NCBI GenBank assembly: GCA_965221585.1
Contig: OZ244898.1
Location: 810,527 to 874,526 of the forward strand
From: Candidatus Aldehydirespiratoraceae bacterium
GTDB taxonomy: Bacteria > Actinomycetota > Acidimicrobiia > Acidimicrobiales > Aldehydirespiratoraceae
DNA: 64,000 bases
Direction: 5' to 3'
The translations under genes and the position numbers were made by a program. How positions within the stretch are numbered: position 1 is the first letter of the stretch; each line of letters opens with the position of its first letter. A model generated the notes under the pieces. The model had not been told where the DNA came from, ran no database searches, and saw nothing but the letters and a program-made list of their open reading frames with translations. This document shows positions 56,238 to 64,000 of this stretch, piece after piece.

Positions 56238-56825
56238 GTGCAGGAAGACGTACTTGAGCAGATCGTTGATGACTATCTGCAGCACCTTGGTTACTTCACA
56301 CAGCACAACATCAGGTTCCGCCCCCGACATGATCACCCGGACTACGACTCGCAGCAGGATTCAGTCCGCTCCGATGTGGATGTCGTCGGGATCAATCCAC
56401 AGAAGCGGGGGTTGGATCGCGTGATGGTGGTGAGTTGTAAGTCTTGGCAGTCAGGGTTCGACGCGACCAGTCGACTCGCTCAGATGAAGGGCGAGAAGAA
56501 GAACCCCAAACGGGAGACTTGGCGGCATCACCGTGAGTTGTGGGTCCCGAAATGGAGCGAGGCGTTCCGAGCCGCGATCAAGGACTGCACCGGTAGGGGA
56601 GCGTTCAGTTACCGCATTGCCGTGACTCGACTCAGGGGAGAAACCTCAGATTGGGGTCGTGATTCGAACATCGCGGAGAACTTGCCGGGTTGTTCAATCG
56701 GATTTCTCACGCTCGAAGAGATGTGGCGGGATTTGGTCGCTGGTCTTGGCACTACACCCGCTAGTAGCGAGATTGGTCGTTTGGCGCAACTGTTGAAAGC
56801 CGCTGGTCTAGCGGGAAATGAGTAG
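56238..56825 (+). CDS. hypothetical protein, possible PD-(D/E)xK-fold nuclease
   Basis: Strong SD gagggagggg upstream of the GTG at 56238. SDVDVVGI...RVMVVSCKSW could be a degenerate D...(D/E/S)xK core. The fold call is speculative. Confidence 0.4.
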   Translation: MQEDVLEQIVDDYLQHLGYFTQHNIRFRPRHDHPDYDSQQDSVRSDVDVVGINPQKRGLDRVMVVSCKSWQSGFDATSRLAQMKGEKKNPKRETWRHHRELWVPKWSEAFRAAIKDCTGRGAFSYRIAVTRLRGETSDWGRDSNIAENLPGCSIGFLTLEEMWRDLVAGLGTTPASSEIGRLAQLLKAAGLAGNE

Positions 56826-57444
56826 TGATATGCGCATTATTGTCTTTGGAGCGACCGGAAAAACTGGTGTGAAGACTTGGCGCAAGGCGCTGCAGCAAGG
56901 GCATCAGGTAACAGCTTTCGGCCGTTCGGTGGACCGGCTCTCCGAGGCTGCGCCCGAATTGCACACCTTCAAGGGCGACGTCTTGGATTTGAGTGACGTC
57001 ACCGAAGCCGTAGCTGGCCACGACGCGGTCATCGTTTGTATCGGAAGTACCAACCTGAAAGACACGACGACGCTGTCTTCAGGCACCAAGAACATCGTTG
57101 ATGCCATGGTTCAACACGAGATCGAACGCCTCGTCGTCATCTCCACTGCTGGGGTCGGCGAGAGTTGGAAGCAGATTTCGCTGATGGCTCGCGTCCTGTT
57201 CAGAACCTTGCTCCGCAACGTCTTCGCCGACCATCAGGCGCAAGAAGCGATCGTTCGCCAAAGTGCGTTGGATTGGACCATCGTTCGCGCGGCTGTGCTC
57301 AACGATCGTCCCGCAACCGGATACGCGGCAAGCAACAGCAGTCCAGCGAAGCGGATCAGCCGCGAAGACCTTGCAGACTTCCTTGTCGACCAGGTGAGCG
57401 ACTCCGCATACAGTCGCCGAGCGATCTCCGTGGCAAGTTCCTGA
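56818..57444 (+). CDS. NAD(P)H-binding atypical SDR (NmrA / flavin-reductase-like)
   Basis: IIVFGATGKTG Rossmann motif. About 208 aa. Confidence 0.75.
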   Translation: MSSDMRIIVFGATGKTGVKTWRKALQQGHQVTAFGRSVDRLSEAAPELHTFKGDVLDLSDVTEAVAGHDAVIVCIGSTNLKDTTTLSSGTKNIVDAMVQHEIERLVVISTAGVGESWKQISLMARVLFRTLLRNVFADHQAQEAIVRQSALDWTIVRAAVLNDRPATGYAASNSSPAKRISREDLADFLVDQVSDSAYSRRAISVASS

Positions 57445-57513
57445 CCTCGGATCCCGCCCATTTGACCAACGGCGGTTTGGTGTTGGGGGGCTGTGGTGGG
57501 GCACCATCGGGGG

Positions 57514-58617
57514 ATGGAATTTGCGATGTTTTACGAGATCCCGGTTGCTCGGCCCTGGACACCGGGCAAGGAGCATCAGGCGTACAAGGACGTGGTCGAG
57601 CAGGTGAAGCTCGGGGACCGGCTCGGGTTCCACTCGGTGTGGACGGTCGAGCACCACTTCCTCGAGGAGTTCTCACACTGCTCCAACCCGGAGGTCCTGT
57701 ACGGCCATCTCGCTGCGGTCACCAACAACATCCGGCTCGGCTACGGCGTGCGACTCATGCCCCAGCCATACAACCACCCGATTCGCACCGCCGAATCAGT
57801 GGCGGTGCTCGACCTGCTCTCCAACGGGCGGGTCGAGTTCGGCACCGGCCGGTCGGCTACCCGTGCCGAACTCGAGGGTTTCGGGATACACCCCAACGAC
57901 ACCCGATCGATGTGGCAGGAAGCGCTCACCATGACGCTCGGTGCCATGACCAACGACGAGTTCAGCTTCGACGGCGAGTACTGGCAGATGCCCACGCGCC
58001 GTGTGTTGCCCAAGCCGCTGCAAGACCCGCATCCGCCGGTTTGGGCGGCGACCAGTTCCGACGGTGGACACCGACTCATGGGCGAGCTCGGCCTCGGGCT
58101 CCTGTCCTTCTCAGTGGGTACACCGCCTGAGGAGCTCGGCCGTCGGATCGGGATCTACCGGGAGGGAATCGAGGCCTGCACCGAACCGGTCGGCAGGTTC
58201 ATCAACAACCGTGCTGCGAGTTTCACGATGGTGAACGTCGCCGAGACGAACCAGCAGGCGGTCGAGCAAGCGGGGCCCTCTTTCGAGTGGTACCCCAAGC
58301 ACGGCGCGCACCTCATCGGCTCGGTGGCTCAGTGGCTGCGCCAGATGGAAGAGGAGCTCGGCACCTACGACTATCTCGGGTCGACCGCGGACCATGTCGA
58401 GGACGGTTCGATCGAACACCTCACCATGGACTACCTGCTCGACACCAACGCCTGCGTTTGCGGGGACCCGGACCGGGCCATCGAGATGTTCCGTGCCTAC
58501 GAGGCCACCGGCTGCGACGTGGTGTTCTGCCTCTTCAACCCCTACGACGTCGCCCACAAGGATGTCATGCAGACCATCGAGCTGATGGGTGAACACGTCA
58601 TCCCCGCGTTCAAGTAG
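57514..58617 (+). CDS. LLM-class (luciferase-like) flavin-dependent oxidoreductase
   Basis: MEFAMFYEIP..., LGFHSVWTVEHHF and GRVEFGTGRS. Confidence 0.85.
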   Translation: MEFAMFYEIPVARPWTPGKEHQAYKDVVEQVKLGDRLGFHSVWTVEHHFLEEFSHCSNPEVLYGHLAAVTNNIRLGYGVRLMPQPYNHPIRTAESVAVLDLLSNGRVEFGTGRSATRAELEGFGIHPNDTRSMWQEALTMTLGAMTNDEFSFDGEYWQMPTRRVLPKPLQDPHPPVWAATSSDGGHRLMGELGLGLLSFSVGTPPEELGRRIGIYREGIEACTEPVGRFINNRAASFTMVNVAETNQQAVEQAGPSFEWYPKHGAHLIGSVAQWLRQMEEELGTYDYLGSTADHVEDGSIEHLTMDYLLDTNACVCGDPDRAIEMFRAYEATGCDVVFCLFNPYDVAHKDVMQTIELMGEHVIPAFK

Positions 58618-58626
58618 CAGCGGCGC

Positions 58627-59763
58627 TCAGAGGTCGTAGGTGTCGCGGTAGTCGGTGAATTGTTCGTTCAGGGCATCTCGGTTCAAACCGAAGTCCTCGA
58701 AGGTGTAGCTGTGCTGGCCGTACTTGTGTTGGCGGTGCTCGGCTGCATGGGCGGCCAGCGATGCCTCGAAGGCTCTGTCCATGGGTTCGCCAAGGTCGCG
58801 ATAGATGCCTCGTACGGCGCCGACGGGATCGCTAACGAGTTGGCGGTAGGCGACATCGATGAACCGGTCGTCGCCCAGGGCAGCTCTGGCTGCACTGGTG
58901 CGTTCGATCATCTCGGTCAGGATCCGTGTCCACAACCGTCCCTCGAAGGTTGACCAGTCGGCGTCGCTGAATGTGCCGCTGAGCGACGCGGTGATGCTGG
59001 CGGTCGAGGCGATACAGGTTGCGGGGTCGCGGTGGGTCCAGATGAAACGGGCATCGGGGTAGAGCTCAGCGATCGTTGGGACGGCTAGGGCATGGTGCGG
59101 CGTTTTCAGCTGCCAACGACCCGGCACGCCCGATTGGAGTAGCTGCAGCACGCGCTGGTGGTACCGATATGTCGCGGTGTGGTCCCGCTCGAGAATCCAT
59201 TCGGCGTACGACTCGATGTTGAACATGGCGTTGTACTGCAGGCTCACGAAGTCGTGCCCCATGAGGGTCACGCATTCGATCGGCATGTTGGGCGGGTCGT
59301 GGTGCATCGCCTTGAAATCGGGGATTAGCAGGTGCAGGAAGTCTTCCGCTTCAGCTTCGATCGCAGCTAGCAGGCGTGGATCGTTGTGATAGGTAGCGGC
59401 TTGGGGCGGCGGCACGGGATGTGCTGACTCCCAGGAGAGGAGGCTGCGGTTGGTCGGGTCGACCGACAGGAGTTGACTCAGCGCGGTGGTGCCCGAACGG
59501 GACACACCAACGATGAACAGAGGTGCCTCTACAACTTGCTCGTCCAGTTCCGGATGCTGGTTCCAGTAGTCGGTGATCTTCAGCCGGTTGACGAGAGAGT
59601 CCGTGATGACTGACTCCGCTGCGGGCTCGCCGATGGCATTGAGTTGCGCTTCGTCGTTCAAAGCGTCGACGAGCACTTCAAGTCCGTCTCGAAACGACGG
59701 CTCGCCGAAGTCGTCGAGGCCGGTCGTGGCCGTCGCGTTGTCAAGCAGTTGTTCGGTGAGCAT
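58627..59763 (-). CDS. sulfotransferase family protein
   Basis: PAPS 5-prime-phosphosulfate-binding loop FIVGVSRSGTTAL. Trimmed to the ATG at 59763. Confidence 0.75.
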   Translation of the reverse strand: MLTEQLLDNATATTGLDDFGEPSFRDGLEVLVDALNDEAQLNAIGEPAAESVITDSLVNRLKITDYWNQHPELDEQVVEAPLFIVGVSRSGTTALSQLLSVDPTNRSLLSWESAHPVPPPQAATYHNDPRLLAAIEAEAEDFLHLLIPDFKAMHHDPPNMPIECVTLMGHDFVSLQYNAMFNIESYAEWILERDHTATYRYHQRVLQLLQSGVPGRWQLKTPHHALAVPTIAELYPDARFIWTHRDPATCIASTASITASLSGTFSDADWSTFEGRLWTRILTEMIERTSAARAALGDDRFIDVAYRQLVSDPVGAVRGIYRDLGEPMDRAFEASLAAHAAEHRQHKYGQHSYTFEDFGLNRDALNEQFTDYRDTYDL

Positions 59764-59868
59764 CGTGCAATCATGCCCGACCGCCGCTTCGATCAAGGAA
59801 TTTCCTCTTGGTGACGACGGATATAATCCACGCTGGCACGCGTGCCGTGAAAACGAGGTTGACGACAA

Positions 59869-61149
59869 TTGGGGAACCCAGTGAGACCACTTGCCGCGTT
59901 GCTTGCGCTAGGGCTGGTGGTCGCGGCCTGCGGCAGCGACGATCCGTCCACGACCGCGGAGCCCACCGCTGAACAGGTGACGATCTCGATTGAAAGTTGG
60001 CGAACCGATGACCAGGCGATCTGGGATGAGCAGATAATTCCCGCATTCGAGGCTGGGCACCCCCACATCAATGTCGTGTTCTCGCCGACGTCGCCGCTGG
60101 AGTACACCCCGCAGCTGCGCGCTCGTCTGGACAGTGGTGCTGCCGGTGATCTGATCACCTGCTTCCCCTTCGACCGTTCGCGTGAACTCTTCGGCGGCGG
60201 GCATCTCGCACCGCTGAACGATCTCGACGGGATCGACGGCTTCGGTCCCTCCGCGTTGAACGCGTGGCTCTCCGCGGACGGGCTGACCCCGTACTGCGTG
60301 CCCATCGCATCGATCATTCAGGGCTTCTTCTACAACGTGGACGCCTTCAACGACCTCGGGTTGAGCGTTCCCGCCACCGAGACCGAGTTCTTCGAGGTCC
60401 TGCAGGCGATCCTCGACGACGACACCTACACACCGATTGGGATAGGCCTCATGGAATGGGAGGCCGAGCACATCCTGTTCCAGAACATCGGCGCGAACTA
60501 CTGGAAGGGAGAGCAGGGGCGGCTGGCTCTGATCGGTGGTGAGGACCGGGTCACCGACCAGCCCTACGTCGACACGCTCCGCACAATGGCTCGCCTCGGA
60601 CCCTACCTGCATCCCGATGCTTCCGATATCAGCTACGCCGACGGCAAGACCCAGTTTGAGACTGGCCAGGCCGCGATCTACCCGGGTGGATCCTGGGAGA
60701 TATCGGTGTTCGACCAGAACGCCGGTTTCGAGTTCAGCGCTTTCCGGACACCGCAGCCGGATGGCCAAGACGAGTGCTACATAGTCGATCACATCGACCT
60801 CGCCATCGGTCTGAACCCGGCATCTCCCAACGCCGACTCGGCCCGCACGTTCCTGAGGTGGGCGGCATCGTCAGAGTTCGCCGACAGATACACCGCCGCG
60901 CTGCATGGTTTCTTCAGTCTTCAGAACACACCGGTCGAGTACAGCCATCCGGTCGCCTCGGAGTTCGTGTCATGGCGTGAGGACTGCGAGTCAACAAACC
61001 GAACGGGCTATGAGGCTCTTGACTCGGGCGATCCCGGGTTCCCGGTCGAGTTGAGGGAGATCAGCAATGCCGTGGTACTGGGCGATCTGACCCCGGAGGA
61101 TGGGGCACAGAGGCTTCAGGACAGCCTCGACTCCTGGTACGTGCCATGA
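59869..61149 (+). CDS. ABC transporter extracellular solute-binding lipoprotein (family 1, sugar type)
   Basis: Lipobox LGLVVAACGS, about 400-aa periplasmic-binding-protein-like body. No cognate permease genes are adjacent. Confidence 0.75.
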   Translation: MGNPVRPLAALLALGLVVAACGSDDPSTTAEPTAEQVTISIESWRTDDQAIWDEQIIPAFEAGHPHINVVFSPTSPLEYTPQLRARLDSGAAGDLITCFPFDRSRELFGGGHLAPLNDLDGIDGFGPSALNAWLSADGLTPYCVPIASIIQGFFYNVDAFNDLGLSVPATETEFFEVLQAILDDDTYTPIGIGLMEWEAEHILFQNIGANYWKGEQGRLALIGGEDRVTDQPYVDTLRTMARLGPYLHPDASDISYADGKTQFETGQAAIYPGGSWEISVFDQNAGFEFSAFRTPQPDGQDECYIVDHIDLAIGLNPASPNADSARTFLRWAASSEFADRYTAALHGFFSLQNTPVEYSHPVASEFVSWREDCESTNRTGYEALDSGDPGFPVELREISNAVVLGDLTPEDGAQRLQDSLDSWYVP

Positions 61150-61176
61150 AGCTCGGTTGTCACACCTAGCCGTCGC

Positions 61177-61210
61177 GACGACTGGATTTGAACCAGCGAC
61201 CCCCTGCTCC
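61177..61210. repeat. 34-bp direct repeat of the 3-prime half of tRNA-Pro (att-like scar)
   Basis: gacgactggatttgaaccagcgaccccctgctcc is identical to 63387-63420 inside the intact tRNA-Pro gene. The 5-prime half of the tRNA is absent here. Confidence 0.8.
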
Positions 61211-62101
61211 TCACAGGGGGCGTAGGCGTGACATAAGTGCTGCCTCAAAGTCATCTCGACTGATAGTTTCGGCTGCTCGTAGACGCTTGCTGGAATCTTC
61301 AAGAGTGAGCACTTCCCAGTGATCACGTACCAGACGGAGACCGTTGTTGGTTGTGCGCTCTAGATGTGTGACCAACCAGATGATGTCGCCTTCGTTTATG
61401 TCGTGGCACGGTTCGTCACTTGCACCGCCGATGGCATCAAAGAAAGGGCGGTCTACTCCCACGGCCAACTTGGCGCCCCATCTGCGGATTGTCGGAGCCT
61501 TGATCTCAAGTTGAGGCATCAGCCGTTTGGCGCTAGATGATCGCCAGTCGGGACGTCGGATCGCGGAAGGGAAGGGAGGGGATTCGTTGTGGTCGTTCAG
61601 TAAGGCTTCGAATTCACTGTTCATTCCGGTTCCAGAAAAATAGACCGCTTGGATCTCTAGTCCGTGCCAGCTGAGACGCTCTCCCTGCACATGGGCGACA
61701 ATCATGTCGATTTTCCCTGCAGGCTTGTCTGTTTCTGTGCTCCTCATGAACGGGACTTCTCTCGCCACTTGACACTCGTGGATAGGAAAGCCTGCGACTT
61801 CAGCGAGCCATTTGTTGACGAGGCTCTTTTCTTCGAAACGATTTGGACAAGTAATGACGGACTCACCGATGGGATCGCCGAGGTGATCGTCTGCTTTTTC
61901 TGTGTACCGTTGGATAGAGCAAACACCTCCCTTCTTTGAGCATGGTGGTTTGTTCGCTTGGAACGGACAGGGAGGAAGCTGGTCGTCTGACTGGCCTAAA
62001 GCATGTCCCGCGTAGATTCTTCGTCGCGGTGCTGTCAGTGACGTGAAGGACTGCCCGTACCACTCTGCAATCCCGTATCGCGTCTTGGTTTTGTCAGACA
62101 T
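61211..62101 (-). CDS. NotI-family type II restriction endonuclease
   Basis: Cys4 cluster PPCPF...CSKKGGVCSIQRY...VITCPNRF and LEIQAVYFSGTG resemble the NotI Fe-Cys4 region and its EIQTMDFHGS motif as I recall them. It lies 14 nt downstream of a DNA methyltransferase gene. Confidence 0.65.
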   Translation of the reverse strand: MSDKTKTRYGIAEWYGQSFTSLTAPRRRIYAGHALGQSDDQLPPCPFQANKPPCSKKGGVCSIQRYTEKADDHLGDPIGESVITCPNRFEEKSLVNKWLAEVAGFPIHECQVAREVPFMRSTETDKPAGKIDMIVAHVQGERLSWHGLEIQAVYFSGTGMNSEFEALLNDHNESPPFPSAIRRPDWRSSSAKRLMPQLEIKAPTIRRWGAKLAVGVDRPFFDAIGGASDEPCHDINEGDIIWLVTHLERTTNNGLRLVRDHWEVLTLEDSSKRLRAAETISRDDFEAALMSRLRPL

Positions 62102-62115
62102 AACTCAGAAATGGG

Positions 62116-63189
62116 TCAATCGAAGACCGCGTGGCGTGTGATCACAAGTTCGGATATTCGAGCGTGGTGAGTGTTCTTCATTACAACTTCGACGGCGTGA
62201 AATCCGTATTCGTCAATCAGTTCTGCGATCTCGGAAGACCGGTCGTAAGTCATTAGGAAGTCCATTGAGGTCGCGGCCAGGATCTTGAAGAGATGACGGT
62301 GGTCGATTTGGTGGTGGGCGTAGAGCCGATTACCAGCACGTTTACCGCCAACGGTGTATGGCGGGTCGATGAAGGCGACAGTGCCCGGGACATCGGCGAC
62401 CACCTCTAGCAGTTCTAGCCCGTCGGTTTCACAGAAGGTGATCTGTGGCGCATGAGCTTCGATGTTCTGCAGACGCTTGATGATGGTGTCGGGGTACCAC
62501 CGCGACGAGAGTCCTTTGTTGTTCTCTCCAGACTTTGTCAAGGCGGCCCCTGGGGCCAAGATACCGCCGCGTCGAGTCCGGTTCAGTACCAGAGTTCGGA
62601 ATCCGTGCGCCAGCAAGTCCCGGTTGGGTCCGTTGGCTAGGGCAGAGACGGCTTCACGTGTGGGCTGGAACTCCGAGACGAGACGACATAAGTCGGAGTT
62701 GTGGCGCAGCGCCGCGTGCCAGAAGGCAGCAACATCGTGATCGAGTTCGGCCATGATGCTTCTTTCGACTAGGTCTTCGCACACCGCTGTGAGAGCTACG
62801 GTCCCGCCACCGCTGAAAGGCTCAATGAGAACTTTGGGTCTAGGTTGGATTGAAGCAAGCCAGGCTCGAATGTGTGGAATCAACCAAGTCTTACCACCTG
62901 GGTAACGCAACGGTGAGCGTTGAGGCACCGAAGCCACGTTCACCGCGGGGATTGACGAGACAGAAAAATCGGGACCGTAGTCGGGCGAATGGGATCCCGT
63001 TGTCGATTGTCGATCGGTCATCGCGGAACCCGCTGTCTGCGAAGCATCTCCAATCCCTGCATCGCCGACAAGCATGCCACGGCCGCGATCCCCGATGGTG
63101 GAGCCACGACGAGGGTGCCCGGTAGCTTCGCGAGGCGGAGGGATCAACTCAGGAATCTGCATCTGTTCGATTCTCGGCTTCTGCTCCAT
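62116..63189 (-). CDS. D12-class (Dam-like) N6-adenine DNA methyltransferase
   Basis: SPLRYPGGKTWL near the N-terminus of the core and FIDPPY catalytic motif. The ORF has a low-complexity leader of about 95 aa, so the true start may be the ATG at 63021 or later. Confidence 0.8.
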   Translation of the reverse strand: MEQKPRIEQMQIPELIPPPREATGHPRRGSTIGDRGRGMLVGDAGIGDASQTAGSAMTDRQSTTGSHSPDYGPDFSVSSIPAVNVASVPQRSPLRYPGGKTWLIPHIRAWLASIQPRPKVLIEPFSGGGTVALTAVCEDLVERSIMAELDHDVAAFWHAALRHNSDLCRLVSEFQPTREAVSALANGPNRDLLAHGFRTLVLNRTRRGGILAPGAALTKSGENNKGLSSRWYPDTIIKRLQNIEAHAPQITFCETDGLELLEVVADVPGTVAFIDPPYTVGGKRAGNRLYAHHQIDHRHLFKILAATSMDFLMTYDRSSEIAELIDEYGFHAVEVVMKNTHHARISELVITRHAVFD

Positions 63190-63379
63190 TGCTCAAACGT
63201 AGAGATGGCGTGTGACAGTCCTGATGGTCCTTCGGGGTGACCACCGTTGCGTGGCAGCTTCCGATCCGTGCCAACCAACGAATCCCTCGCTCCGGGACCT
63301 CAACTGTCATGTGAACGTCTACTTCACGGACCGACCACCAGTGACCCGGTACCCACCGGCACGCTTGTCGCCCAAAGCT

Positions 63380-63456
63380 TGGTCGGGACGACTGGATTTG
63401 AACCAGCGACCCCCTGCTCCCAAAGCAGGTGCGCTACCGAGCTGCGCCACGTCCCG
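63380..63456 (-). tRNA. tRNA-Pro (anticodon TGG), CCA encoded
   Basis: The reverse complement folds as acceptor CGGGACG/CGTCCCG, anticodon stem CCTGC/GCAGG with loop TTTGGGA, T arm GCTGGTTCAAATCCAGT and 3-prime ACCA. Confidence 0.85.
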
Positions 63457-63595
63457 TGCCAAGAAATCTACTCCCTAGCACCCCGCTTCGCTCCCAATTT
63501 GGGTTCTCTTCGGCTTGCGGAGCAGCTAGGCGCTAGGGGAAGCGTTGATGTTCGATGTCTGCGGAATTGGGTCTTGTGTTGTAGGGGGATGCGGG

Positions 63596-63994
63596 TTAGC
63601 TATCGGTTCGATCCAGGCGGAGGGAGGCGGAATTCATGCAGTAGCGGTGGCCGTGCGGGCCTGGGCCGTCGGGGAATCGGTGGCCGAGGTGCGCACCACA
63701 TTTGGCGCATACGGCTTCTTCGCGGACCATCCCATGACTGGTGTCAGTCTGGATTCGAACGACGTCTTCGGACGCGGTCTCGAAGAAGGAGGGCCAACCG
63801 GTGCCGGAATCGTATTTGGTGTCGCTCTCAAACAGGACGGCGTCACAGACGATGCAGCGGTACGTGCCGTCGTCGTGGCAGTCCCAGTACTCGCCCGTGA
63901 AGGGGCGTTCGGTGCCGGCCTGCTGAGTCACCGTGTACTGCTCGGGGGTCAGGCGACTACGAAGCTCGGCCTCGCTATAGGTGGTATCGGTCAT
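63596..63994 (-). CDS. msrB: peptide-methionine (R)-S-oxide reductase
   Basis: Two CxxC pairs (CIVCDA, CAKCGAHLGH), GWPSF and the RYCMNS catalytic Cys motif. ATG at 63994. Confidence 0.9.
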   Translation of the reverse strand: MTDTTYSEAELRSRLTPEQYTVTQQAGTERPFTGEYWDCHDDGTYRCIVCDAVLFESDTKYDSGTGWPSFFETASEDVVRIQTDTSHGMVREEAVCAKCGAHLGHRFPDGPGPHGHRYCMNSASLRLDRTDS

Positions 63995-64000
63995 GGTCAA

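Larger units (their letters stand above)
61177..63456. mobile_element. minimal tRNA-Pro-associated islet carrying a type II restriction-modification pair (no integrase)
   Basis: Bounded by the 34-bp direct repeat. The interior is visibly AT-richer than the flanks and holds only the REase and MTase genes. Confidence 0.55.

Noticed and set aside
61150-61220. Possible second tRNA-Pro gene
   Set aside because: Only the T-arm, variable region and part of the anticodon stem (34 bp) are present. There is no D-arm or 5-prime acceptor strand, and the acceptor 3-prime strand is diverged. It is treated as an att-like scar.
1-64000. CRISPR arrays, rRNA genes, IS elements, integrases or prophage structural genes
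   Set aside because: I saw no regularly spaced short repeats, no rRNA-like stretches, and no DDE/tyrosine/serine recombinase motifs in any listed ORF. The only repeats found are the ligase 3-prime duplication and the tRNA-Pro 34-mer.

Overview
This is a high-GC, actinobacterial-type chromosomal window, densely coded on both strands. The backbone is central and amino-acid metabolism: leuCD, leuB-ilvE-cimA, serC, an aspartate-type aminotransferase, a PGDH-like dehydrogenase, greA, gltX followed by tRNA-Gln and tRNA-Glu, tRNA-Pro and msrB. Interleaved with it is an unusually large set of CoA-thioester catabolic genes: 4 AMP-dependent ligases plus one relic, 4 crotonase-family genes, 2 family III CoA-transferase genes (one a tandem fusion), an acyl-CoA dehydrogenase, a carboxyltransferase and a MaoC-type dehydratase. 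There are also many oxygenases and reductases (FMO, BVMO, TauD, PhyH, LLM, several SDRs). Four small, apparently acquired insertions stand out. (i) 6.8-10.3 kb: a Fic gene plus a GmrSD-like DUF262/DUF1524 nuclease fused to a Schlafen/AlbA_2 domain. (ii) 36.8-38.9 kb: a RES-Xre toxin-antitoxin pair beside tRNA-Glu, bracketed by a duplicated 3-prime end of an acyl-CoA ligase gene. (iii) 54.4-56.8 kb: a three-gene cassette of DUF5131 (Gp37/Gp68, three-Cys), a TcmP-like partner and a small PD-(D/E)xK-like protein. This is my best candidate for an uncharacterised defence or DNA-modification system. (iv) 61.2-63.5 kb: a NotI-family endonuclease plus a D12-class N6-adenine methyltransferase, flanked by a 34-bp direct repeat of the tRNA-Pro 3-prime half, with no integrase. 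I saw no CRISPR array, rRNA, transposase or integrase. All functional calls come from motif recognition by eye on the supplied translations; no searches were run. Many start codons were trimmed from the ORF track and remain approximate.
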